Of a stretch of DNA of 64,000 bases, positions 53,569 through 62,359 are shown one piece after another (the stretch's first letter is position 1; each line of letters begins with the position of its first letter). Source of the stretch: an uncultured Gemmatimonadaceae bacterium (GTDB lineage Bacteria > Latescibacterota > UBA2968 > UBA8231). Made by a program: the position numbers and the translations under genes. The DNA is taken from contig CAYNZV010000001.1 of NCBI GenBank assembly GCA_964401715.1, positions 7,649 through 71,648 on the forward strand, written 5' to 3'. Under the pieces are notes generated by a model. That model was not told where the DNA came from. It did no database searches and saw nothing but the letters and a program-made list of their open reading frames with translations.

Positions 53569-55158
53569 ATGGATAAACAACGGCAGGAGATTCTGGACCG
53601 GGGCAGCTATTTTCCCGGCGATTGGGTGCGTCCACGTTACAACCCCGGTAGCTGGATGGCATTAGTGGACGTGATGGAGATATTCTCGGGACACCGTAGT
53701 ATCACCCGCGAAGGCATCTACAAGTTGTACGACGCGCCGGTCGGGGTGCAGCTGCGGGTAGAGCAAGCCAACAGGTCGGAGCCGTTTCTGAAAGCCGAAA
53801 GGGAGTGGGAGGATTATACGTATATCAGTCCTTCCCACGTGTGGCACGAGGACGGGAAGCTCCACATGTTTTACGGGGCCGGTCCCAATACCTGCTACGC
53901 CGTCAGCGATGACGGCTACAACTGGGAACGGCCGGTGTTGGGTCACAAGGAGTTCAACGGCTCTGCCGAGAACAACATTCTCAAGCAGCCGATGCGGGAC
54001 ATGGTATTCGAGGATCCGTCAGCACCGCCCGAAGAGCGCTACAAAGCAGTAGGTGCTGAAGGCTTCTGGCTTGATCGCGACAGCGGCGAAGAGGTGGATC
54101 CCGACGAGGCGGACAGGCACTGGAAGGACGAACAATTTAAGGGCGACGCATTTACTGGTCGCAAGGTCGTACTGAAGGGGGCAATGGTGGGTTACACCTC
54201 GCCAGACCGCTTTACCTGGACCAAGCTGCCGGAGAAGATCGGCGACTACTCTGTGAACGGCGGTATCTGCCCCGGTTACGACGCCCACAATAAGACCTAT
54301 TTTGCCTATATCCAGCCCCAAGGATGTGCACCGGTGGATCCCCAGAGCATGGGTGCGAGCATAGTTGAGACGGAGGTGGTGCGCCGCGCTGTGGGTCTGA
54401 CGCGTACCAAAGACTTCCGTCACTGGCCGGCGGCCAAGCTGCTGATCCATCCCGACGCCCAGGATCCTCTCGACACCTCGTTCTACGGTGCCTGCTACTT
54501 TCCGTATCCAGGTCGCGATGAACTGCATGCGATGGTGCTCCCGGTATTTCATATGATGGGCGACAACCTGGATCTGCAGATCGCGTTCAGCCGCGATGGG
54601 CTGGTGTGGACGAGACCGGAGCGCCGTGCTGTACTCGAACGAGGTCCACGCGGAAGTGGGGAGGAAGGGCAACTCCATCCCTGGCGCAATGGCATGGTGC
54701 AATTACCGGATGGCTACTGGGCGGTGCCTTACCAGGCGCGGTCCTCTCTTCATACCACGCCCGATCAGTACAAGCAGGACCTCTTCCCGGAGATGCAGCC
54801 TGTTCAGAACCGTTGGGCGCGCTGGCGTCCCCACCGGTTCTGTGGTGTGGAAGCGGAGACCGAAGGTCGGTTCACTATTCCCACGGTTTACCGGCGCGAG
54901 AACGAACTACGTCTGAACTACCGTTGTGCGCCGGGTGGGTGGATCCAGGTCGAGCTCCTGCGGTACATACCGACGATGCAGGCGGTGGATGCAAATCCGC
55001 TCACGGATTATTCCTTCGAGGTATGCGACCGCTTGGTGGGAGACGAAGAAGACCGGATTGTGACCTGGAACGGCAGCAGCGATATTTCAAAGGTGGGTGA
55101 GATGACTGCTATCCGGGTGCGGATGTTCCAGGCGAAGCTTTTTGCGTATAAGGTATAA
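53569..55158 (+). CDS. Leaderless beta-propeller glycoside-hydrolase-like protein with C-terminal beta-sandwich (paralog 3 of 3)
   Basis: 529 aa and clearly collinear with 472..2034. Shared blocks: YNWERPVLGHKEFNGSAENNIL, GLTRTKDFRHWPAAKLL, FSRDGLVWTRPERR, ARWRPHRFCGVEAETEGRFTIPT, ELRLNYRCAPGGWIQVEL, and the tail TAIRVRMFQAKLFAYKV. Confidence 0.75.
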   Translation: MDKQRQEILDRGSYFPGDWVRPRYNPGSWMALVDVMEIFSGHRSITREGIYKLYDAPVGVQLRVEQANRSEPFLKAEREWEDYTYISPSHVWHEDGKLHMFYGAGPNTCYAVSDDGYNWERPVLGHKEFNGSAENNILKQPMRDMVFEDPSAPPEERYKAVGAEGFWLDRDSGEEVDPDEADRHWKDEQFKGDAFTGRKVVLKGAMVGYTSPDRFTWTKLPEKIGDYSVNGGICPGYDAHNKTYFAYIQPQGCAPVDPQSMGASIVETEVVRRAVGLTRTKDFRHWPAAKLLIHPDAQDPLDTSFYGACYFPYPGRDELHAMVLPVFHMMGDNLDLQIAFSRDGLVWTRPERRAVLERGPRGSGEEGQLHPWRNGMVQLPDGYWAVPYQARSSLHTTPDQYKQDLFPEMQPVQNRWARWRPHRFCGVEAETEGRFTIPTVYRRENELRLNYRCAPGGWIQVELLRYIPTMQAVDANPLTDYSFEVCDRLVGDEEDRIVTWNGSSDISKVGEMTAIRVRMFQAKLFAYKV

Positions 55159-55164
55159 CACATC

Positions 55165-55950
55165 ACCCTCCTGGGCGTTGGGATTGACGAAAATGGAGGG
55201 GCTGGAAGCGGCAAACCGTTGCGTGATTACCCACCCTTCCGCAACATCGGCATCGAGCGAAATGAATCCGTCTCGCCGCAGCACGGCCAAACAGATTGCG
55301 GCCTTGTCTGGCCGATAGTGCTTCCGGTTTCGCGCGGCCAGCCGATATCCGTTATGCCGTCATAATAGAACAAGAGTTCGTTGTCGCGAAAAACCGGACT
55401 CGACGGCGGAAACATCACCGTTAGGGGTCATAGGCACCGCTTTCGGTTGGGGACAGGCTGATGGAATCCTTGCGGTCGCCCAATCTCTACTAAGCGACCA
55501 TAGCGCGACTGCGCATCAGCAGTGGGATTTTGAAAGCGATGTTGTCGCTGGGGTCGCCAACAATGGTGTACACCGCCATGTTCGACTTTCCGACCCGCCA
55601 CCAGTGCAAGCCGTCGTAGTTGTCCCAGACCCAGGAAACGCTCCTCGGCCCAGAGTTTTCGGTCAACAGAAACCTGAAGACGCTCTGCTCCGGATCCCAG
55701 CTTGGGGCGTTGCGGATTTGGAAATGTCATGCCCCCGGGTTGAGGTGATCGGGCCGGATCACCGCCCCTTCCTTGGAAGGGGCGGTGCATAGTGCGCTTC
55801 AAGCTGTTCGTTGCCGCCAGATCTACATCATATAGGAACAGCTGCCGCTGCCCGAAGGGCACGACCAAAGTCACGCTTTTCTGGGCGGTCGTGAACGAGG
55901 CCGAGCCTACGACCAAACTGAGCTGTATCACCACGCTTACCGAATGGGGC
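55165..55950 (-). pseudogene. Multi-frameshifted, 3'-truncated remnant of another beta-propeller glycoside-hydrolase-like gene
   Basis: Minus-strand fragments appear in different frames: ...NYDGLHWWR..., PVFRDNELLFYYDGI, then AVLRRDGFISLDADVAEGWVITQRFAASSPSIFVNPNAQEGDV. The last is the 'LRRDGF.SLDA...G...T' transition into the C-terminal sandwich seen in this enzyme class. The frame then runs into the 3' end of the plus-strand gene, with no intact ORF. The 5' limit is approximate. Confidence 0.45.
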
Positions 55951-56039
55951 GCTTTACCCATCTCGCACATTTCTACGTTTTTGTTTATACCGTAAGTTTC
56001 GTACCGAAAAACTATACAAGCCAAACCAGTGAGGTGGTG

Positions 56040-56903
56040 ATGGACCGAACTACTCTGCTCAAGGAGGTCACGGAATACTTCGTCGATTCGGACCACTGGC
56101 ATCGGCTGTGTGGGGCGCTGCCCGATCCAGATCCGCAGGGCAGTCACCTCCATGCTTACGTGGAAACCTCTGTTCATCCCGACTCGCTGGAAGCGATCAT
56201 GGTGGCGTATTTCGAACGACTGGGGTGGCCGTCCAGTCGGAAGATCGACCATATGTCGCCCAAACCGACCATGGGGAGCCTGCATGGGATCGAACCGGAG
56301 GGCAAGCTTCATTTTGATTTCAACTGGTTCTTCCGCGATGAAGTCGGTCTGCGAGCCAAGGATGGAGGCGAATCCGGCTGCAATCTACTGGTTTGGAACC
56401 GCTGGTATATTCACCAGTTCTATCGCCAGTTCCCATTCAGGAAGGCTGGCGTTGTGGAAGAAGAGGCGCTTGAGACTTACTTCAAATCAGATCACTTCCG
56501 GAAGGGTTTGGAGTATCCGGTTTTGCCGACCACCAATCATATGCATATCAACGTGCACACCAGCCTCCATCCAGATCTGATCCAACGACACGCAGAAGCG
56601 GTGTTTCCACGCGAAGGATTTCGAATTTTCTACACATGCCCCAACGTTTATCTGGTGGACGGCATATATCGTGGCAAGCTAGTGTTCATGGGACAGGAAC
56701 CGGAGGTAGTCTTCGATATAGGGTGGGAGTTTCGTCCGGAGTCGATGATTGAACCCGCCACAGAGCCGTGGATATTCGAGGATGAGCCGGGTTACGATGT
56801 GTGGACCTCGGCGATGTTGGCGGAAGTGATGGATGAGGAATACGTTCGCCTGACAGATGGGGAGATTGCGCAGGTGCTGGCGGCGTGCCGCTTTTCGTCA
56901 TAG
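56040..56903 (+). CDS. Hypothetical protein with an internal two-fold repeat, VOC/glyoxalase-like by pattern (tentative)
   Basis: ATG 56040 (GAGGTGG upstream) gives MDRTTLLKEV. Two homologous halves: SDHWHRL...SHLHAYVETSVHPDSLEAIMVAYFERLGW...KLHFDFNWFFRDE, and SDHFRKG...NHMHINVHTSLHPDLIQRHAEAVFPREGF...EVVFDIGWEFRPE. Confidence 0.55.
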   Translation: MDRTTLLKEVTEYFVDSDHWHRLCGALPDPDPQGSHLHAYVETSVHPDSLEAIMVAYFERLGWPSSRKIDHMSPKPTMGSLHGIEPEGKLHFDFNWFFRDEVGLRAKDGGESGCNLLVWNRWYIHQFYRQFPFRKAGVVEEEALETYFKSDHFRKGLEYPVLPTTNHMHINVHTSLHPDLIQRHAEAVFPREGFRIFYTCPNVYLVDGIYRGKLVFMGQEPEVVFDIGWEFRPESMIEPATEPWIFEDEPGYDVWTSAMLAEVMDEEYVRLTDGEIAQVLAACRFSS

Positions 56904-57250
56904 CAATCGGGAAAACTGCCCGGCACCGCGTACCATGTCTGTGCTTCGTGGCGGACAGGCCTAGTTGGGTGTGATGTCTACATGACCGGCATTGTTGGCT
57001 ACTTTGCTGTTAAAGTCATCTTTGTCGGGGTTTCAGACGGCGCAGGCGACTAGGAGGCCACGGCCGTCATGGAGATCTAAGCATGCTCGACAGTCCACGA
57101 AGCGTGCCGCTATGATGTTTGTACAGCATTTGAGCAGAACGTGGCAAAGGTTGGGCAAGAGTTACCAATGCACAAGCACACCGCGCTTGTACAAGAGGGT
57201 TCATTTGTGTTCCCTCGAACAAGCTCAAAACAGAGCGAAGAGGAATTGCG

Positions 57251-57829
57251 ATGGTTGCGAATAGTTTTGACAAGGGCCCAGAGGGATGGTGTTCATACGA
57301 TTACCACACCACGGTAACGGCGGGAGAGGAAGTTTTTGTGTTGACCACTTGGCACCCAAGCGGAGGGCCCGACGACTCGGGACACATCTTTTCTGACCAC
57401 CACCGGTGGAGCACCGACACTCCCGAAAAGCCGATCTCGATCCTCGCACTCATACACTATCGCAGCTGGGTCGGCGCCGATCCGGTGGACCTGAGGGATG
57501 CCGAGATCTCTTTCTACTTGCGGGGCGACAACCTCAATATCAATACTGCAAACTGCTACTTCTGGGCGCACACGGCGGGTAACCGCTGGCATTGCCATGG
57601 CCAGCCAATTCCCATTCCAGAAAATAGATGGAACAATGCTCCAACCGTTGTCAAGACGATGGCCGATGAGGCGCAATGGTATTGCAGCTGGCAGAACCCA
57701 GATCATGAACCCGCCTCGTTGAAGAAGGTGCTGTCCGGGGCCCACAGCTACGGCTTTTCTTTCGTCGGGTTCGGCTCCGAGGTTAGCGGGAAATTGTCGC
57801 TTGCTCGATTCGAGATTCGCCCACAATGA
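57251..57829 (+). CDS. Hypothetical protein (192 aa, Trp/His-rich, probably a beta-sandwich); no family recognised
   Basis: Clean ORF with coding-like composition. The antisense ORF of similar length (57293..57826) looks like a shadow frame. Confidence 0.5.
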   Translation: MVANSFDKGPEGWCSYDYHTTVTAGEEVFVLTTWHPSGGPDDSGHIFSDHHRWSTDTPEKPISILALIHYRSWVGADPVDLRDAEISFYLRGDNLNINTANCYFWAHTAGNRWHCHGQPIPIPENRWNNAPTVVKTMADEAQWYCSWQNPDHEPASLKKVLSGAHSYGFSFVGFGSEVSGKLSLARFEIRPQ

Positions 57830-57996
57830 TGGATGGCGGGTGAGCGGAGAAGCAATGGGCTCGTGCTCTACTCGTCGTCGAACCTGTCATGTCCGCTGCG
57901 GTATGCGGCCCCGTCCGCCGGTCGGCGGTGTCCTGAAGTTGCCCATCGGCTTGAAGTTCCAACCCAACGTGGGGGTGCCCGCTTGTCCTAGGAATT

Positions 57997-58362
57997 CTAG
58001 GAGCCGGCACCATTTAGGCCGAGAGGTATCTCGCGGGGACACGAGTAGAATACGTTGTACAGCTTCATGCCTTTGGTTTCGACCTTTTCTCTTGCCTGCG
58101 CGAACGGTTTAGGAAACACGGGGCCTTCGTTGATGTTGAGCTCGTGTCCAGCGATGTCGGCGCAGGCCCGTGTTTCCAGATGGATCGTGTCGACGCTGAT
58201 TGCCCTTAGAATGTCCAGCCAGTCGCTTTCTAGATCTTCCCACCAGATCATATCCTGCAGAAGAATGTCATACCTTGTTTGATGTTCGTTAACATCCTTG
58301 CTGTTTGTGCCCGGCGGTTGCCATCGCCCGCAGAGCGTGCTCTGCATGGCCTCCGCGGTCAA
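57997..58362 (-). CDS. Short hypothetical ORF, possibly the N-terminal fragment of a sugar-phosphate isomerase/epimerase-like TIM-barrel protein
   Basis: 121-aa ORF. WLDILRAISVDTIHLE....FAQAREKVETKGMKLYNVF loosely resembles the first beta-alpha units of xylose-isomerase-like TIM barrels. Too short to be a complete enzyme. Confidence 0.25.
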   Translation of the reverse strand: MTAEAMQSTLCGRWQPPGTNSKDVNEHQTRYDILLQDMIWWEDLESDWLDILRAISVDTIHLETRACADIAGHELNINEGPVFPKPFAQAREKVETKGMKLYNVFYSCPREIPLGLNGAGS

Positions 58363-58579
58363 GTTGACCGGCAGTGTGCATAGCCCAGGGGTGGTAACGT
58401 TCGAATGCTGGAATGGTACGGATTTGGGAATGGGGATGCACGCAGATCTGAAACTGTTAATTTCCTAGGAGTCTATCCCGACCAACCAGTCAGGATCAAC
58501 CATCGTTCGTATGCTTCAGGGCGCACACAAATAGAGCCGAACTGGAAGAAACCTCATTAACTAGCAAAGAGATAACCTC

Positions 58580-61500
58580 ATGGACAGCTCGAGAATAGAC
58601 CAATCTTTCATGCAGGGACTTAAATGGCGGTGTATTGGGCCGCCGCGCGGAGGGCGCACCAGTGCTGTCGTCGGCCATCCGACGGAGCAAACGATATTCT
58701 ATTTCGGTGCCTGCGCCGGTGGGGTCTGGAAATCGGAAGATGCGGGAACCTACTGGGAGAACATCTCCGACGGGTATTTTACTTCCTCCGCAGTAGGCGC
58801 TATAGCCATCGCCGACTCGGATCCCAATGTGATCTATGTGGGCACGGGCGAAACAGCAATCAGGAAAGATGTGACCGAAGGAGATGGGGTCTACCGGTCG
58901 ATGGACGGCGGCGACAGCTGGGAGAATATGGGATTGGCGGATACCAGGTACATCGGGAAGATCCGCGTTCATCCACAAGATGCCGATCTCGTCTACGTCG
59001 CGGCGCTGGGGCACATCTTCGGACCGAACGAGGAACGCGGCCTTTTTCGCTCTAGGAACGGCGGCAAGAGTTGGGAGAAGGTGCTCTACAAAAGCCCCAA
59101 GGCTGGCGCTGTGGACATATCCATGGATCCCACTAATCCGCGACGGCTCTTCGCTTCCGTGTGGGAGGCCAACAGATCTTTCTGGACCCTCTCCAGCGGC
59201 GGCGATGATAGTGGGCTGTACCGCTCGACGAATGGAGGTGACACTTGGACGGATATCACCCGTAACCCCGGTTTACCCACTGGACTGATCGGCAAGATCG
59301 GAGTCGCTATCTCTCCCGTCCGCCCACAGCGGGTATGGGCGATCATAGAGGCCGACAACCACGACGGCGGCGTTTACCGCTCCGATGATGGCGGCGACAC
59401 CTGGCAACTGATGAGCGACAAGCGGGAGTTGATCGGCCGACCGTTCTACTACTGTCACATCTATGCCGATCCGCAGGACGAGGACACCATGTACGTGCTC
59501 GATTTCAAGATGTGGAAGTCCACTGACGGTGGCTCCAGTTACACGGAGATCGTCACGACTCATGGCGACAACCACGATCTGTGGATCGACCCGAACAACA
59601 CGCAGCGTATGATCGAAGGAAACGACGGCGGCGCCTGCGTTTCGCTTAATGGAGGGTGTTCTTGGTCGACGATCTACAACCAGCTAACGTCGCAGTTCTA
59701 CCGCATCGATGTGGACAATCAGTTTCCGTATCACGTTTACGCCACGCAACAGGATAATTCCAGTATTTGCGTACCCAGCGCCACAGCGCACGGAGGGATC
59801 ACCTGGGCCGACTGCTACGCTCCTGGCACCGGGGAGAGCGGTGACATTGCGGTGCATCCGCAGGATGAGAACATCGTCTATATAGGTTCGATCGGCAGCT
59901 CTCCCGGCGGCAGTGGTATACTGCAGGCGTACGATCACCGGACACGGCAGTTCTGGTTGGCCTCGGTTTGGCCGGAAGAATATTTCGGTTGCCACGACAG
60001 CGATCTAAGGTATCGCTTCAACTGGACCTATCCGATTTTGATCTCCCAACACGATCCGTCGGTGCTGTACGTGGCTGGCAATCTCGTTTTTCGATCGACC
60101 GACGGCGGCGTGAACTGGAACGCGATCAGTCCTGACCTGACCCGCGATGATCCCGAAAAACAAGTGGCTTCCGGAGGAGCGATTACCATCGATTCCAGTG
60201 GAGCCGAGACCTACTGCACCGTGTACGCGCTGGCCGAATCGCCGCTGAACAAGGGTGAGTTGTGGGCTGGAAGTGACGACGGTCTGGTGCACATGTCCAA
60301 AGATGGCGGAGAAAACTGGGCCGAAGTGACGCCGCCCGATCTAATCGAATGGTCCCGTGTCGGTTGCATAGAGGTTTCACGTCACAACGGGGGTACCGCC
60401 TACGTGGCCGCATCACGGCACAAGCTGGACGACTACAGCGGCTACATCTACAAAACCGAGGATTTCGGGAAGAGCTGGCAGGTATTGAGCAACGACTATC
60501 CAGAGGGTGAGATTTCACGTGTCATCCGCGAGGATCCAGTAAGGCCAGGATTGTTGTATGTGGGAACGGAGTCAGGTGTCTGCGTTTCTTTGGACGACGG
60601 AAACAGCTGGACGAAACTGGAGACCAACCTGCCGGTGGTTCCGGTCTATGACTTGAAGGTCAAGGGCGACGATCTGGTGGCGGGCACTCATGGCCGTTCG
60701 TTCTGGGTTCTCGATGATCTGACACCATTGCGCGATCTCGCGGCCAAAGAACCGACGGGTGCGGCCATTCTTTTTCGACCGAAGCCGGCCTATCGTCGTT
60801 GGCTGAACTGGTTTGCCAAAGGACCGCGTCTGGTAGCGCCAGAGGACAAGAACTACCTGCTCGCTCTTGGCGCTAATGCGGCTTGGCGCGAATACGATAC
60901 CGAAGACGGCGAGCTGATACGCAACTTCATCGACGCGGGACAGAATCCTCCTTCCGGTGCCATCGTCTATTACGTTCTCGACGAAGAGCCGGTGGATGGA
61001 GTCGAGCTGACTTTCCTCGACGGGGACGGTGATGCCATCGTTAGCTTCAACAGTCGGACTGCCGCAGGTAATGCAAGCTGCGGCACCGAAGATGATGAGC
61101 CCCCGGACGGAACTCGGTTTGCTCCGGCGAAGAAAGGACTGAACCGGTTTGTGTGGGACATGCACTACGAGGATGCATCCCTCTCGAAGGAGAGCAGCCC
61201 TGTAAGAGAGAAGTACGAATCGCTGATGAAGATTCGGCCGTCGACGAACGGTCCTCAGTCGACACCAGGTAGCTATCAGGTGCAGCTGAAGGTGGGCAAT
61301 TCAATCCAAACCGAGTCATTCCAGATCTTCGGTGATCCGCGGTTGAAAACGACCCAGGCAGATTACCAAGCGCAATTCGACCTGCAGCGCAAGGTAAGAG
61401 ACAAGCTCTCCGAGACCAACAAAACCATCGACAGAATACGTCGGATCCAGCGGCAGAGTATGGAGGCTTCAAAGCGTGCTGGGGACTCGGAAACGATCAG

Positions 61501-61822
61501 CGACCGCGAGGCCATTTCGAAGGCGTCCCGCGAGCTCAACAAAAAGCTAGAAGAGATAGAATCTGAACTTGTTCAGATCGATCGGGAAGGGCCCTCCGAC
61601 TTCGTACGCGCTGAGGTCAAGCTAGTGGATAAGCTAGCCGGTCTCATCGCTGGCATCGCCATGGGAGATGTTGGTCCAACGAGGGCAATGAACGAACTGT
61701 TCGAAGATCTCTCGGGAAAGGTAGACGAACAGATTTCCAAGCTTCAGGCCGTGATCGACAGGGACATGGCCGAATTCAACGATAGGGTCAGCGACGCGGA
61801 GCTGCCGGCAATACTGCTGTGA
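58580..61822 (+). CDS. Sortilin/VPS10-type BNR-repeat double-propeller protein ('glycosyl hydrolase, BNR repeat' family), leaderless
   Basis: LKWRCIGPPRGGRTSAVVGHP...FYFGACAGGVWKSEDAGTYWENISD, IADSDPNVIYVGTGE, and multiple Asp-boxes (SMDGGDSW, SRNGGKSW, STNGGDTW, SDDGGDTW, STDGGSSY, STDGGVNW, SKDGGENW, LDDGNSW). C-terminal coiled-coil-like tail. 1080 aa is typical for this family. Confidence 0.75.
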   Translation: MDSSRIDQSFMQGLKWRCIGPPRGGRTSAVVGHPTEQTIFYFGACAGGVWKSEDAGTYWENISDGYFTSSAVGAIAIADSDPNVIYVGTGETAIRKDVTEGDGVYRSMDGGDSWENMGLADTRYIGKIRVHPQDADLVYVAALGHIFGPNEERGLFRSRNGGKSWEKVLYKSPKAGAVDISMDPTNPRRLFASVWEANRSFWTLSSGGDDSGLYRSTNGGDTWTDITRNPGLPTGLIGKIGVAISPVRPQRVWAIIEADNHDGGVYRSDDGGDTWQLMSDKRELIGRPFYYCHIYADPQDEDTMYVLDFKMWKSTDGGSSYTEIVTTHGDNHDLWIDPNNTQRMIEGNDGGACVSLNGGCSWSTIYNQLTSQFYRIDVDNQFPYHVYATQQDNSSICVPSATAHGGITWADCYAPGTGESGDIAVHPQDENIVYIGSIGSSPGGSGILQAYDHRTRQFWLASVWPEEYFGCHDSDLRYRFNWTYPILISQHDPSVLYVAGNLVFRSTDGGVNWNAISPDLTRDDPEKQVASGGAITIDSSGAETYCTVYALAESPLNKGELWAGSDDGLVHMSKDGGENWAEVTPPDLIEWSRVGCIEVSRHNGGTAYVAASRHKLDDYSGYIYKTEDFGKSWQVLSNDYPEGEISRVIREDPVRPGLLYVGTESGVCVSLDDGNSWTKLETNLPVVPVYDLKVKGDDLVAGTHGRSFWVLDDLTPLRDLAAKEPTGAAILFRPKPAYRRWLNWFAKGPRLVAPEDKNYLLALGANAAWREYDTEDGELIRNFIDAGQNPPSGAIVYYVLDEEPVDGVELTFLDGDGDAIVSFNSRTAAGNASCGTEDDEPPDGTRFAPAKKGLNRFVWDMHYEDASLSKESSPVREKYESLMKIRPSTNGPQSTPGSYQVQLKVGNSIQTESFQIFGDPRLKTTQADYQAQFDLQRKVRDKLSETNKTIDRIRRIQRQSMEASKRAGDSETISDREAISKASRELNKKLEEIESELVQIDREGPSDFVRAEVKLVDKLAGLIAGIAMGDVGPTRAMNELFEDLSGKVDEQISKLQAVIDRDMAEFNDRVSDAELPAILL

Positions 61823-61873
61823 CAGATGCTTGATCGGAGCAACCAGCGTTACAGCCAAAAAAGAGAGACCAGC

Positions 61874-62351
61874 ATGAAGAGACCCCTCTTCGGTGGTATA
61901 CTTCTGATTTTTGCCTTGATGGGCGAACTTGCGGTCCAATCGAACTGGCGCGGCCTACACGCGACGGGTTGAGTCCGAAACAAGGGCGACGACAGATTTG
62001 GGTTCGAAGCCTTGGGGATTTCTATCAAGGATGGCGCCGGTCCACGAAGCGAACCTGGCGGAGCACGCGAGTGCCATAGCCGTCTACTCGGCTGCGGCGA
62101 ATGACGTGGAGCTAATGCTCACGATCTACCCCAATCCCTTCAACAACAGTGTCACGGTTCACTTCCATACAACCATCCTCGAAGAGATGGCGGTGAGCGC
62201 CTAAGACATCACAAGACAGTTGTTGGAAACCCTGCTCAAAGAGTGGCGGCCCCCTGGGTCCCTCCTTGTCGCATTCGATGGTGAAGTCTTTTCGATCTGG
62301 CTATCCTTCATCCGCAGATCATCGGACTGCACGGCATCCAGCGTTCTGTAA
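61874..62351 (+). pseudogene. Collapsed T9SS-cargo gene: a signal peptide plus a C-terminal sorting domain with almost no body, carrying a frameshift and stops
   Basis: ATG 61874 gives MKRPLFGGILLIFALMGELAVQS, a signal peptide, then a stop at 61970. A different frame carries ...LMLTIYPNPFNNSVTVHFHTTILEEMAVSA-TAA(62202)-DITRQLLETLLKEWRPPGSLLVAFDGEVFSIWLSFIRR.... This is a full-length T9SS C-terminal-domain pattern interrupted by an in-frame stop where a Tyr is expected. Confidence 0.55.
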
Positions 62352-62359
62352 CGGTTCTT

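Noticed and set aside
54019-54702. 227-aa minus-strand ORF
   Set aside because: It is antisense to the paralog-supported gene 53569..55158.
55428-56312. 294-aa minus-strand ORF
   Set aside because: It is not a coherent gene. Its 3' part is one frame of the decayed propeller remnant. Its 5' part is antisense to 56040..56903, which is better supported by its RBS and internal repeat.
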